A DNA stretch of 64,000 bases from Octopus vulgaris. Its lineage: Eukaryota. Every line of letters begins with the position of its first letter. Positions within the stretch are counted from its first letter, which is position 1. Location of the stretch: assembly GCA_951406725.2 (NCBI GenBank), contig OX597819.1:125550001-125614000 (forward strand), in the 5' to 3' direction. The notes under the pieces were generated by a model, which saw only the letters and a program-made list of their open reading frames with translations, had not been told where the DNA came from and did no database searches. The position numbers and the translations under genes are program-made. Positions 1-14,339 of the stretch are shown here, in pieces.

Positions 1-343
1 CTAACGCCAACCACTCCGTGAGTGTAGTGGGTCCTTTTTATGTGCCACCAGCACAGGTACCAGGGGAGGCTGGCAGTGGCCACGATCAGTTGGTGCTTTT
101 TATGTGCCACTGGCATGGAAGCCAGTCAAGGCGGCGCTGGCATCGGCCATGTATGAATGGTGCTTTTTACGTGCCACCAGCACAGGTATCACAACTACAA
201 TTTCCATTTGATTTATATATTTGTATTTTGTATGTATGGCTTTAACCTGCTTAACATTCAGTTTGCCATATCAATTAACTTGCTTCTGTTCATATTGTTA
301 TGCATAACACTGAATAAAAATATTAATTTCATTTCATTTTCAG

Positions 344-414
344 GGGGTAAACGTGATGAAAACCTTATTCTTCCTCTGAATTCCTCGATAAGCATAACAC
401 TCAGTCCTACTCAG
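344..414 (+). CDS. MVD: MVD coding exon (first exon inside the window)
   Basis: cag acceptor at 341-343, gtaagg donor at 415. Encodes (W)GKRDENLILPLNSSISITLSPTQ, the conserved MVD N-terminal motif. Confidence 0.95.
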
Positions 415-879
415 GTAAGGTTCCTTTTTATAACATCATAGATTCTTTGAGAATCTTGGCACAAAATGTAATATTTTAAATTTCATGACTGTTAAATCTC
501 TTCTTTGAGGTTTTTGTGTTTTGTGCAACACTTTGTTTTGTCTGTTAGTCTATAGAAGTTGTGTGTGGTTAGTTTTGTCCCATATTCCACCTCAATATAG
601 AGGATAAGCTGTTTTAGGAGTGGGTCAGTTTGCTATCATGCTTTATAAGAGTTGAGCTTTATACTACTACTACTACAAAACTCCAGGTGGGATGGATGTA
701 GAACAAATGGTTATCTCATCAGAGTAACAAAGGTAACCAAGATGTGATTAAAGAAATTTGTTATATTTAAGAGGAGCATGTGACTAAGACAGCTGGGTTA
801 AGAAACCAATGCTTATGGTAGCCAGGTAAAAAAAAACCTATTGTGGAGCATGTTCTAAATGGAAACAGTAAGACAGCTG

Positions 880-1290
880 AAAGGATAACTCAGGAGCATA
901 AACAAAGGGACATTTAAAACCAAACCTGTTTTATGGTGCTAATGACTAAAAAGTGCAGGTTGATTTGGAGGAAGTGTTCATATTCCCAAACTGTATTGCA
1001 ATAAAGAAGCAATGCACTTGCTTTGGCAAAATAAATTATGCTTGTTGAATTGGTTGACAGTACCCAGAATAAGTCCATGCAGTATGAAGGACATAAAGAA
1101 CTGTGCGATGCAAAAGGGATGGCAGTCCACAGCGATTCCAATAGAGATAGGATGTCATGGGTGTATAGTTGGACTGACTGCGTCTTACCTGGCTGACATT
1201 GGACTTAGGATGGACAGCGAAGCAGGAATTCAACAATAAAATGCCCCACAATGGTTATGCCGGTTGCGTGTGAGAGAAAGACCAAAGCTG
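880..1290 (+). pseudogene. Decayed restriction-like-endonuclease non-LTR retrotransposon fragment (HERO/R2-like C-terminus)
   Basis: Broken frames give ...LTVP...KGWQSTAIPIEIGCHG, resembling the ELTVP...GW...P(V/I)E(V/I)GCRG end of RLE domains. Confidence 0.5.
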
Positions 1291-3926
1291 ACAGCAAAGG
1301 ACACCCCCCCAAATAAACAATGGCTTTTAATTTAGGCACAAGGCCAGGAGTTATTATAAGGAGACGACTTTATTCTATTGATTCCAGAATGAGCTTGATA
1401 GTTTGGACAGTGTTAGAATGAGCTGGACATTATTTTATCCAATTTTCAAACATTTCTGTCAGTTTGTTGATTTGAGTCTTCAATAAATCATCATCATCAT
1501 CATCGTTTAATGTCCGCTTTCCATGCTAGCATGGGTTGGACGATTTTGACTGAGGGCTGGCGAACCAGATGGCTGCACCAGGCTCCAGTCTTGATCTGGC
1601 AGAGTTCCTACAGCTGGATGCCCTTCCTAACACAAACCACTCCGAGAGTGTAGTGGGTGCTTTTTACGTGCCACCGACACGGGGGCCAGTTAGGTGGTAC
1701 TGGCAACGACCTCGCTCGAATCCTTTTACACTTGCCACCAAAGCAAAATAGTTGATGTACAGTTGGGGTGGTCACTACCACTTTCTGTCTATTATGGTGG
1801 CTGCATGAATGACCAAAGGTTAAAAAAAAGGTGTGTTTTACTCTGGCCAAAAGGACACAGACATTCTCTGGCAGCATCATTGCTGTTTGGCACCTCTGGG
1901 AAGAATGATACTGTTGGAAGGCACTGAAATTGTAATCACCGGTTAATAGCAGTTTTGTTGAGTATTCCACAGTGCAAGTTAAATGTTTAAAAAATGAGCG
2001 TGATCGTTACCAGCATCACCTTAATGGCACTTGTGCCCGTGCTAGTTGGGTGCCAAGAGCACCGTCCGAGTGTGATCGTTGCCAGAGCAGCCAACTGACT
2101 CCGTGCCAGTGGCACGTAAAAGACACCATTCGAGCATGATCATTACCAGCATCGCCTTACTGGCTTCTGTGCCAGTGGCACGTAAAAGAGTACCATTCAA
2201 GCGTGATCATTACCAACGTCGCCTTACTGACACCTGTGCCGGTGGCATGTGTAAAAGATTTGAACGAGGTCGTTGCCAGTACCGCCTGACTGGCCCCGTG
2301 CTGGTGGCATATAAAAAGCACCCACTACACTCTCGGAGTGGTTGGCATTAGGAAGGGCATCCAGCTGTAGAAACTCTGCCAAATCAAGATTGGAGCCTGG
2401 TGCAGCCATCTGGTTTGCCAGCCCTCAGTCAAAATCGTCCAACCCATGCTAGCATGGAAAGCGGACGTTAAACGAGGATGATGATGATGATAATGTGTTG
2501 AGATTTAAAACTTTTATTTCTGATGTAGAAAATTTTATGACAGGGAAGATAACTCTTGCTTGAAATAATGTGGTCCTACGACACATGCCCAGAAGGATCA
2601 AATGCTATATGGGCGTGAAAGATAGACAGTGAATGTCGATGGTTCTTGCTTGGTTGGGGAGGAAGATGTTGCATTACTAATACATGTCAAAAGCTGAGTG
2701 CAAATAAGATGATGAAGCAATTGGGGTATAAGTTAAATGTGAGGTGTGCTACATTGCTATGTGGAAAAGAGATGCTCTTTAATCTTTTACTTGTTTCAGT
2801 CATTTGACTGTGGCCATGCTGGAGCACCGCCTTTATTCGAGCAAATCGATCCCAGGACTTATTCTTTGTAAGCCTAGTACTTATTCTATTGGTCTCTATT
2901 GCCGAACCGCTAAGTTACGGGGACGTAAACACACCAGCATCGGTTGTCAAGCGATGTTGGGAGGACAAACACAGACACACATACATATACATACATATAT
3001 AAATATATATATATACATATATATACGAAGAGCTTCTTTGAGTTTCCGTCTACCAGATCCACTCACAAGACTTTGGTCAGCCCGAGGCTATAGCAGAAGA
3101 TACTTGCCAAAGGTGCCACGCAGTGGGACTGAACCCAGAACCATGTGGTTGGTAAGCAACCTACTTACCACACAGCCACTCCTCTGTTTACAAAAGTCAC
3201 TTTTTTATCCTGTATTAACTGATGCTATTCTCTTTGGATGCTGGTGGTTATATTTGAGCATTGACCAATGTGTGCAAATGAGAAGAATACTGGTATAGAC
3301 AAGTAATTTGAATAGATGATGTTTTGCGAATAATTGTTGTAAATTAGTGATAGAAGGTCTCTACTGCTGAGATAAACCAAGATTAGGTAGTTGTTGGAGG
3401 AATGCTGAGAGCTTTAGGTTACTCAAATGAGATGTCATAGGAATAAAATGTACTTAAGACCCCAAACTATGTCTGACTGGAAAAAACCCATCAAAACATG
3501 TATTCAACCCTAACCTGCCCAAGATTGCTTTGGTTCTGTGATATAAACTATCCCAGAGCAGCCAACTGGCTTCCGTGCCAGTGGCACGCAAAAGGGCACC
3601 ATTCGAGTGTGATTGTTACTAACGTCGCCTTACTGGCACCTGTACTGGTGGCATGTGTAAAAGACCTCGAGTGAGGTCATTGCCAGTGCCACCTGACTGG
3701 CCCCATGCCGGTGGCATGTAAAAAGCACCCACTACACTCTTGGAGTGGTTGGCGTTAGGAAGGGCATCCAACTGTAGAAACTCTGCCAGATCAAGATTGG
3801 AGCCTGGTGCAGCCATCTGGTTTGCCAGTCCTCAGTCAAAATCATCCAACCCATGCTAGCATGGATATTTTTTCTTTGATGTAACAAGCAAATAAATAAT
3901 CCAAATTTATTTATTTTTCTGCACAG

Positions 3927-3994
3927 CTTCGAGCAAAAACAACCGTTGCATTGAGTAAGGATTTTGAGAAGACTAGAATATGGCTTAATGCAGT
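3927..3994 (+). CDS. MVD: MVD coding exon
   Basis: gcacag acceptor, gtaagt donor. Encodes LRAKTTVALSKDFEKTRIWLNAV; phase continues from the previous exon. Confidence 0.93.
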
Positions 3995-6900
3995 GTAAGT
4001 ATTGATGGATTTATCAATTAAATTTTCAAACATTTCTTCATATTTATATCAGTCTTAATATTTCCCATTAATGTTTGTTACAGTGTAATGGTTTTACAAT
4101 AGTTAAATTGGTTAACTTGGTGACTGGCATCCGGCGCTAAGAGTACCATACGAGTGAGATCGTTGCCAGAGCAACAAGCTGGCCTTGGTGCCAATGGCAC
4201 GTTAAGCACACCATTCAAGCGTGATTGTGACCGTGTCGCCTTACTAGCACTTGTGCTGGTGGCACGTGAAACATTCAAGCGAGGTCGTCACCAGTGCCGC
4301 TGGACTGGCTCCTGTGCAGGTGGCACATATAAAGCACCATTTGGGCGTGGCCGTTGCCAGTAGTACCAAACTGGCCCTCGTGCCGGTGGCACATAAAAGC
4401 ACCCACTACACCCTCGGAGTGGTTGGCGTTAGGAAGGGCATCCAGCTGTAGAAACTCTGCCAGATCAGACTGGAGTCTGGTTCGCCAGACCTCAGTCAAA
4501 TCGTCCAACCCATGCTAGCATGGAAAGCGGACGTTAAATGATGATGATGATGATGATGAAATGGCTACAATGTTAAACTATTGATTTGAATGACATTTCT
4601 AGACACAGCATACAGTTTCTTGTTCTACTGCTATTAGAAATATTTGTAATTATTTGGAGTATTATGTTCAATTTAAAACCATCATCATCAACATCATTGT
4701 CTAACACCCATTTTCTATGCTGGCATGGGTTGGACGGTTTGACAGAAGTTGGCCGTGAAATTTTTTTCCCACGAGAGTTCTAGATCCTAGTAATGAACTC
4801 ATTTGCATACAGCCAATCAGAGCAGAGCCACCTTTATCCTTTCTAGTCAGCACTGTGCATTCCTTACTCTTTCCTTCTCTTCTGATGGACAGCAACCTTT
4901 TTATCACTATTGAAAAATAAACTTTGCTATGACTACAAGTACTACTGTCTCTAACTACCTGTGAGTTTATCAATAAATATATGTAAATAATATTTCTTCC
5001 TTCTTGGTGTTGATTCTTCGATATTCCCTGGTTACTCTGACGTTGGCACAATAATAGACTTGCCCAAACTGAATTGCTGGAGTTATTTCATTTTTTCCAG
5101 AAAAATATTTTAAAAATGTTATAGAGGCTTAAAGTTCGATTGTTTTCACCCAGTCAAGAAGCAGGATTTGGAAGTTGTCATTTTGTGCATGACAAAATGG
5201 CATATGTTGTCAATATTTGTAAACAACGTGTTATGTTTCTGGTAATTTTCTTTAATGTAAATAAATCTTATTTAGCTGTTATTTTTAACATGAAAGTTTT
5301 TTAGGTAATTTTCTTTCATGTAAATAAATCATCATCATCATCGTTTAACGTCCGCTTTCCATGCTAGCATGGGTTGGACGAATAACAGGGCTGGCGAACC
5401 AGATGGCTGCACCAGGCTTCAATCTTGATCTGGCAGAGTTTCTACAGCTGGATGCTCTTCCTAATGCCAACCACTCCGAGAGTGTAGTGGGTGCTTTTAC
5501 ATGCCGCCGGCACGAGGCCAGACAGGTGGCACTGGCAATGACCTCGCTCGAATCTTTTACACATGCCACCGGCACAGGTGCCATTAAGGCGATGCTGGTA
5601 ATGATCCCGCTCAAATGTTGTCTTTTACGTGCCACCGGCAAGGAAGCCAGATAGCCGCTCTGGCAATGACACGTTCGGATGGTGCTCTTAATATCCTACT
5701 AGCACAGGGCTCAAGTGCCAGTAAGGAATTTAAAAGGAAGGTAACGGTTGAGCATATTGTCCCCACTTCTTGACTTTAATCATCTTTTGAAGGATAAAAG
5801 GCAAAGTTTAACCACACTGGTATTTAAACCTAGAATGTAATAGGATATATCTAAATGTTATTGGGCATTTTATCTGTTGCTCTATTAATTCTGACAACCT
5901 ACCTTCTTTAATTTATCTTCTAACATACCGACTTCTAATACTTCTCTATTAAGTGTTTGATATGTTACTTTACGTAGGCGTTTTGTTTTTTATTTTCTGC
6001 CTGACACATAAATTGCTTTCATTGCTTCAGTTCATCTTATTGAAATATAGCAGCCATCATTATTTTTGTGGTTGACTGGTTTTGTTTTAAGAACTGCATT
6101 CAGGTATAAAATTCATTCCAAATATTTATGCAAATGTCTGGGTTTTCAGACCCATTAACTGTGCTATAACATCAGACTCTCCCTAAATAATCTTTCCTAT
6201 GGAGAGATGTAAAACCTTTTTCGATTGATTGAGGTGTGTTATCTTTAGTTTCATTGTTTCAAAATCAGAACATCTTTTGTGGTACTTGAGATTTTGTTTT
6301 AGTCCTACCTTTTGAATTAATAGTACTTTTATTATTTAGTGTGAGAAAGATAGGGCAGTAGTTCATACCTGTTGCAAGTCCTGTTTACATTGGGAGGATT
6401 GAGGTATTTGATGTTCAATGTCTCAAAGCAATTGAGTTCAGTTTAACAACACCAACAAGCTTTTTGGTGACTTTCATCATCATCATCATCATCGTTTAAT
6501 GTCCGCTTTCCATGCTAGCATGGGTTGGACGGTTCGACCGGGGATCTGGGAAGCCAGAAGGCTGCACCAGGCTCCGGTCTTATCTGGCAATGTTTCTACA
6601 GCTGGATGCCCTTCCTAACGCCAACCACTCCGTGAGTGTAGTGGGTGCATTTCACGTGCCATCTGCATGGAAGCCTGTCGAGGCGGCACTGGCTTCGGCC
6701 ACAATTTGGATGGTGCTTTTTACGTGCTACCGACACAGAAGCCAGTCGAGGCTGCGCTGGCATCGGCCTTTAGTGGAGTTAATTCTGTTGCAATCATCTG
6801 AGCTGGGTCTCTGGTCTGAGGTTAACTTTATTTCTCCCACCATTCTTGAAGACCTTAAAAAAGATTATGGGTGCTGTCTTTCCTCTTCTAAGCCATTAAA

Positions 6901-8211
6901 AATGATGGTTTTCCTGAGGGGTACAGCTTTGAGGAGTAGGGTACGGATGGTATGCAGAAGAGAATTCAGTGCAAGAGGTTTGGACAGGACCCTTAGTTTC
7001 CCAGGCATTAAGCAAATTGTAAAGTAAGTTTCCCAAAGGAGATTTAGCTGTCACCCCTATAAGGGAATGGAACATTCCTCAATTATTCAGTGTTGCCACT
7101 ACTTTCACTAAAGAACTATTATTCTCAACTGTTAGTACAAAAGTTAAGAAGTCTTTTACATTGGAAGGCCACAGTGAAGTTAACTACTATTTGACAAAGC
7201 AACATTGCAAAGAATTTTTTATACTACTAAACCAATTACTTTATCGAAAATAATTCATAAAAGCTCTAATAATGTAAGAAATGAAAAAAAATGTTGGAGT
7301 CTCAGAAGAAGCATCCTCTCTGCCACTTTAAAAAAGCAGACTGGTTTGGTCACGTGATGTGTATGAATGAGGACAGCATCATCATTTAACATTTTCCATG
7401 CTAGCATGGGTTGGACGAATGACTGAGGGCTGGCGAACCAGATGGCTGCATCAGGCTTCAATCTTGATCTGGCAGAGTTTCTACAGCTGGATGCCCTTCC
7501 TGATGCCAACCACTCCGAGAGTGTAGTGGGTGCTTTTACGTGCCACTGGCATGGGGCCAGTCAGGCGGTACTGGCAACGACCTCGCTCGAATCTTTTACA
7601 CATGCCACTGGCACAGGTACCAGTAAGGTGATGCTGGTAACGATCACGCTCGAATGGTGTCTTTTACATGCCACCAGCACAGAGGCCAGATAGCCACTCT
7701 GGCAACGATCATGCTCGGATGGTGCTCTTAGCACCCTACTAGCACGGGGCTTGAGTGCCAGTAATGTGACGCTGGTAACGATCACACTCGAATGGTGCCT
7801 TTTAAGTGTCACTGGCATGGAAGCCGGTTAGCCGCTCTGTCAATGATCACACTCGTATGGTACCCTTTGTACCCCGCTAGCACGGACACAAGTCATCAAA
7901 TTTGATTAAAATCTTTAAGTTTCAAGATAATCCATGATTAATACAAAAGGATGTGAATAAATAAGCATTGCATTTGACAGAATAATCTAAATGCTAAAGG
8001 ATTGTTTTTACCAAATTTGGAGGCTCTGTCAAGGGTGCTGACCTCCCACCTTTGGCCAGTAAATAAGGCAAAAGACAAACAACAATGATAACCATTGTAA
8101 GATCTGAACTTAAGACCATGTGGTCACTAATCCAGCCCCTTAGCCCTATAGCCCTTTTGCTCTTCATTCATTGTTATTTTAACACTGCTCCATTTGCTTC
8201 TATCTCCACAG

Positions 8212-8258
8212 AGAACAAAACCCTGATAATCCTCGGTTACAGAATATCATCCGTAAAA
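8212..8258 (+). CDS. MVD: MVD coding exon (47 bp)
   Basis: ccacag acceptor, gtaagt donor. Encodes EQNPDNPRLQNIIRK; the phase 2 start and phase 1 end fit both neighbours. Confidence 0.9.
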
Positions 8259-8570
8259 GTAAGTTGTTTTATAATTTCTGCAGTAGAAGATAAATTTATT
8301 ACATTTTTGTGTTGGTTTTACCTGATTCTTGATGTGAAATCCTGTGTTGAAACAGATATTTTTCCGCTTTGGGCGTATCATACCATTCTTAAAAAAAAAC
8401 ATGCATTGGTAATTAATTAGTTAATTAACTATAATGAAGTGCTTGTATTTGTAGAATGGTTGATGGTTAACAAGTTTGTTTCCAAACTACATGGTTTTGA
8501 GTTCAGTCCTATAGTGTGGCACCTTGGGCAAGTGTCTTCTGCTATAGCTCCAAGCCAATCAAAATCTATG

Positions 8571-8621
<51 letters not shown>

Positions 8622-8881
8622 ATTTATATAAATGTATATATATATATATGTAATATATATATATATGTATATATGTATGTATATTCTGAATATGTCACTT
8701 TATAAACAACCTAATATTTCCTTTCTCTCTTATGGAATTGACAAAATCAGGGCTTGGCAGTGTACTGCTGTTTATGGAATCAAATGGAATCGAGGTGGTT
8801 CCACAGCATAGTCATAGTCCAATGAGTGAAACCAGTAAAAGAATGTGTGTTTATATATTATGTATGTATGACTATGCATAT

Positions 8882-9287
8882 CAGGCATGTGCTGCCTAGG
8901 TAGGCCAGGTAGGCAGTGCCTACCTTGAATAAAATAGATCGATAGCAACATTTTCCTCTCATGGCAAAATATGCACCTAATTCAATAAAATTATGAAGGT
9001 TACTCTGATTGCTATGCTTAAAATGCAAGATGTTTTATTTTTTGTAGATTAGGTAGGTATAATTCGCCCCTGCTTTTCAATCTCAGTATTTAAGCTACGC
9101 ATAATACTGCTGTAGTACACATGCTGCATACACTCCTACAACACTGTTTTCTCTACGTGCTATAAAGGCAGGAATAGATCTACCTTCAACTCAGTCACGC
9201 GTCTGTGTTTTGCTTATTTTTTGTGTGTTTTACTACATAAAGGTCGCCAACTGCCTACTCTGAGTAATTACTGACAGCACTTGCCTG
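8882..9287. mobile_element. hAT-like MITE
   Basis: Termini caggcatgtgctg / cagcacttgcctg; imperfect 8-bp flanks atgcatat / atgtatac. Confidence 0.6.
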
Positions 9288-9328
9288 ATGTATACGTATT
9301 ACATGTGATTTATTTATTTATTTTCCAG

Positions 9329-9478
9329 TTAAGCATCGAGCGTTTCGGTGTAATGGCGAGAAAAATGGCCAAGCTAACAAAGAGGACATGTTAAACTGGC
9401 ATCTTCATATTTGCTCTGAGAACAACTTCCCTGTTTCTGCCGGTTTAGCTTCATCTGCTGCAGGATATTCTTGCTTAG
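9329..9478 (+). CDS. MVD: MVD coding exon with the GHMP ATP-binding loop
   Basis: ttccag acceptor, gtaaga donor. Encodes ...[26 protein letters not shown]. Confidence 0.96.
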
Positions 9479-9949
9479 GTAAGATCATCTCCATTTTAAA
9501 AATCCTTTTGTGACCACATTTCTAATAATATTACACAGCCTCTGTGTTGAGTTTCAATTTATTTTGAAAAGATTCAAGAATTTGAAGATATTTAGTAATG
9601 CAGGTAATTTTGTCATGAAATTTCTGTGTGAAATGTCTTTTAATGGAAAGTTTTTACGATGGAATATTTTAATTTAAATATTTTAAAACTTCAAAATGAG
9701 AAGTTTTATATCAGGTTAGGATTAAAATATTTAAACTACTTGTCATCTCATTTTTTTTTGTTTTTAATTATTTTTCTGCAACAATTTGCAAATGGCTAAC
9801 TGTGCAGGATACATGTCATTTAAATGGCATATATATCTTCTGAAATTTGTATGTCAAACAGCTTCCTGCCCCACTTCTCCCTTCTAAAGATCTCAAAGAA
9901 AAATAAGTTGAGGATTATGGAATTGGACCTTGTTAACAATAAGGGTAGA

Positions 9950-10415
9950 AATAATAATAATAACAATGAAATTATTGTATACAGTGCTCAGGTGCACCAC
10001 AACTTGTCAAAAGTGCGTTTAAAGTATATGCAGTAATGTACAAATGTCTGGAAAGCGAACAGTGTATGAGTCAGATACATGCTTGTGTGTGTATGGAGGG
10101 GAGAAAATCAGGTGTAGTGTTGGCGAATCTCAGGAAGCATGGAAGTTTTGAAGGATGCAGTGCTCCGACAACTAACAACTGATGCCGGCAATTTGTTCCA
10201 TGCTTCAGCAACTCTTAGCGTGAAAAAAATGTTTCCGAAAGCCATGGAAGGAGCTGTGCTGTTTTCTGAATTTGTAAACATGTCCACGGGTGTTAGACAG
10301 GTGGAGTTTGAAAAGGTGCTCAGAGTTGTTGTTTGTAAGATGGTTAATAATTTTATGGGTGTCTGCCAAGTCAGCTGCCAGACGTCGGAGTTTCAATGTA
10401 TCCATGCCCAGGGAA
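9950..10415 (-). mobile_element. 5'-truncated CR1-like LINE 3' end
   Basis: Encodes LGMDTLKLRRLAADL...NTRGHVYK...RKHFF; 3' UTR and (ATT)n tail are similar to the element at 16028-20116. Confidence 0.85.
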
Positions 10416-13066
10416 ATACATGTAGTATATTTTGATTAAAAATATTGTTTGAAGAAAAACAATACAGTTAATATAGCAGCCAGATTTCTCAAATTTCACT
10501 TTACTATTTGATGATGTTTCTGATACACAAAAAGATGGGATGGTCACAAGTGGAACACCTTTCATGATAAATCTGATCTGGGATTGATCTGGGTTTAAAA
10601 AACGACAACCAAGTTTACTTTGAACCATCTAAAGATGGCCTTTATGAGATTACTCAGATTGTTAGAAATAGCAGCCAAATTTCCCTCAGAGTTCACCCTA
10701 TCATCTCAAGGACATTGAATTGAAGTAGTCATATCACTAAAAATGTGTGTGTGTGTGTGTATGATGATGATGAAGACTGTCCACTTGTGACAGAGGAAGA
10801 CCATCACTGACCATTGCCCATGCAAAATACCAGTAATGCCTCTCATCATCGTTTAACGTCCGCTTTCCATGCTAGCATGGGTTGGATGGTACGACCGGGG
10901 TCTGGGAAGCCAGGAGGCTGCACCAGGCCCAGTTTGATCTGGCAGTGTTTCTACAGCTGGATGCTCTTCCTAATGCCAACCACTCCGTGAGTGTAGTGGG
11001 TGCTTTTTACGTGCCACCGGCACAGGTGCCAGGCGAGGCTGGCGCGGCCTCTGCATGAGGTTATTGCACCAGCAGTTGGCTCCACCTAAGTTTGCATCTG
11101 TAGATTCCATGATTACTGTGGCACCCTCCTACTCAGTCAGTCATCATATAGTCACCTTACTGGTAATTGCACAACCCCAAATTTTAGGTCCAGTATTGCT
11201 TGCACAGAAACCTAACTGACCGCCACCCTACAGACATGATCCAGAGGTAAGCCAGAGCAAGATATCCAGTGCCAATATTGGTTGCAGGCTCAGGAATGTG
11301 AGAGTGCCATGATCTCATGCACAAGCAAAAGACCCCCCAAAATGTTCAATGCCATTCCTTGCATATCTTTACAAAAGCTAAGGGGTGTCTCACTTTTAGT
11401 GGACACCAGCCCAGAAATTAGAACGCAGTGTTTCTCATACTGTTTATAATATTTATTTGTGATCATTTATTAGTGATCGTTACCGTGTCGCCTTACTAGC
11501 ATTTGTGCTGCTGGCACGTGAAACATTCGAGTGAGGTCGTCGCCAGTGCCACTGGACTGGCTCCTGTGCAGGTGGCACGTAAAAAGCACCATTTGGGCAT
11601 GGCCGTTGCCAGTACCACCAAACTGGCCCTTGTGCCATGGCGCGTTAAAGCACCCACTACACTCTTGGAGTGGTTGGCGTTAGGAAGGGCATCCAGCTGT
11701 AGAAACTCTGCCAGATCAGATTGGAGTCTGGTTCACCAGACCTCAGTCAAATCGTCCAATCCATGCTAGCATGGAAAGCGGACGTTAAACGAAGATGATG
11801 ATGATGATTTGTAAGGTAAACTTGTAATGTTCTTATCTTCAAAACTGCTGAGATATGTAATACAGTGTAGTGGTTGATGTTAGGAAGGGCACCCAGCTGT
11901 AGAAACCATGCCAAATCAGACTGGAGTCTGGTGCAGCCTTCCAGCTTGCCAGCCCTGGTCAAACCATCCAACCCATGCCAACAATGGACGTTAAATGATG
12001 ATGATGGTCCAATATCATAGATTTATACTCTGAAGATCAGATTAATTTTGCTCTTAATCTTTTTTCATCTTTTGCTACAAGACCAAGCTTTTCACTTTGA
12101 TTATCCCACACAGTAAGCTTATCTATTAATCTCTGGATGTGTAATACTTTAGGGAGTTAAATATCTCAGCTTTTCCTAGTTAAACATCATCATCATCATC
12201 ATTGTTTAAATGTCTGCTTTCCATGCTAGCATGGGTTGGATGAATGACTGAGGCCTGGCGAACCAGGCTCCAATCTTGATCTGGCAGAGTTTCTACAGCC
12301 AGATGCCCTTCCTAACGCCAACCACTCTGAGAGTGTAGTGGGTGCTTTTATGTGCCACCGGCACGGGGGCCAGTCAGGCGGTACTGGCAACGACCTCGCT
12401 CGAATCTTTTTACATGTGCCACCGGCACAGGTGCCAGTGAAACAACATTGGTAACAATAACGCTCGAATGGTGCCCTTTTACGTGCCACTGGCATGGAAG
12501 CCAGTTGGCTGCTCTGGCAATGATCACACTCGGATGGTGCTCTTGGCACCCTACTAGCACGGGCACAAGTGTCAGAAAGGCGACGCTGGTAACGATCATA
12601 CTCGAATGGTGCCCTTTTATGTGCCACCACTCTGCTATAATGTAATCCCTTGTTAGAGCTTAGAATTAAGCGAAAAACCCAGAGCAAGAAATCATGTCTT
12701 CTGTGGCCATCCTGGAAGTGTATGTTTACTTGTTGATTACCAGCATCTTTTGACGAGCATTGCAGGGACAACTGTCTTGACCTGTTCTTGCTGTGTGGAA
12801 CCTCACTTTTGCTGATGCCATTAAAAGAGCACTATGTGCATACTGTAAGGTGGTTGGCATTAGGAAGGACTTCTCATTCATAGAAACTCTACCAAACAGA
12901 TGTTGGAGCATGATGCAGTCTCCTGTTAAACTTTCCGACTCATGCCAGCAGAGAACATCGATGTTTAATTAGGATGATGATGATGATGATGATATATTTA
13001 CTATATTCTATTGATTTTTTTTTGTCTCTGAACAAACGAACCTATTAAACTGTTTTTACCTTTTAG

Positions 13067-13121
13067 TTGCTGCAATGGCTAACCTGTTTGAAGTAGAAGG
13101 TGATCTCTCTGGCATTGCCAG
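13067..13121 (+). CDS. MVD: MVD coding exon
   Basis: ttttag acceptor, gtaaga donor. Encodes VAAMANLFEVEGDLSGIAR. Confidence 0.92.
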
Positions 13122-14065
13122 GTAAGACTTTGGAATGCTTTAACCTTTTTTGTGACTACATTTGTATTGAAATACTCTGCTTGTGTGTTTCGATTAGTTT
13201 TGAAAATGATAAAAAATTATTCATATGAAACTCTAAGGAAACCAAACTGTAGTATTAGTAGTAGTTAGTGGAAAGAGAAAGAGAGATAGAGATACTGTGA
13301 GGTGGAAATGAGGTGTTGATAGATTTTACAGTTGGCAGGATAAGCCAAGTACCAAAGCACCTGTTCCAAAAATATGCAAATTTCTAAATTTTAAACTACC
13401 ACTCCATCTCAATTTACATAAGCCAAATATACAGGTATATTATTCAGGTGACTTGCTTTATTTACACATTTACTCTTTTAGTTTTATTAGTTACACATTC
13501 TGGGTGGGGCTGTCAGATCAAACCACTACAAGTACCAGCTTTTGCTACATTTCTAGGACTGCATTTTCTGTTTTTTAAAATTTGGGTTACTTGCTACTTC
13601 AAAATTAAAATTTTTTTGTAATTAAAAATCCTATTGAATATCATATTAAATTATTATCAATTAAGTAAATTAGAACGAATGTACATACAATACTGTAACA
13701 TACATTCCACTGTTCATTGAAGAATTTTATCTCCCAGATTTGATAAAGATTTCAGTCACAGTTAGACCCTTCTCAGATTTGTAGAGGAGGAGTTAGTTGA
13801 CTATTTGCTTGGCTGTGTGGTTAGGGAGCTTGCTTCCTAGCTACATGGTTTCGGGTTCAGTCCCACTGTGTGGCACTCTGGGTATGTGTCTTCCACTATA
13901 GCCCCGAGCCGACCGGAGCTTTGTGATTGAATTTGGTAGGCGGAAGTTACTGCCGTGTGTGTATGTGTGCGTATAGCTGCTCAGTGCCTCTCCGAAAGAG
14001 AGAGAGGGATATTCTATATATGATGTAAAAGTGCACTGCTTTTGTCCTTTTCCAGTGCTCCCTCT

Positions 14066-14068
14066 CAT

Positions 14069-14113
<45 letters not shown>

Positions 14114-14270
14114 CACTACTACTACCACCACCACCACTACTACTACTACCATTACCACCACCACCACCACTATTACTACTACTACTACTACCATTACCAC
14201 CACCACCACCACTACTACTATTACTACTAATATCACTACCGCCACCACCACCACCACCACTACTACTACT
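14066..14270. repeat. (CTA)n/(CCA)n compound microsatellite
   Basis: Directly visible. Confidence 0.95.
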
Positions 14271-14339
14271 TATCTGTTATTTCTCTTTGTAAGCTGTGGA
14301 TGCTTCGTCATTAAACCTATTGTTTTTTTTCTTCTCCAG

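Noticed and set aside
13841-14260. Poly-V/T/Y ORFs here, and HT/CV-repeat ORFs at 42.3, 49, 50.5, 53.8 and 58 kb
   Set aside because: Microsatellite translations.
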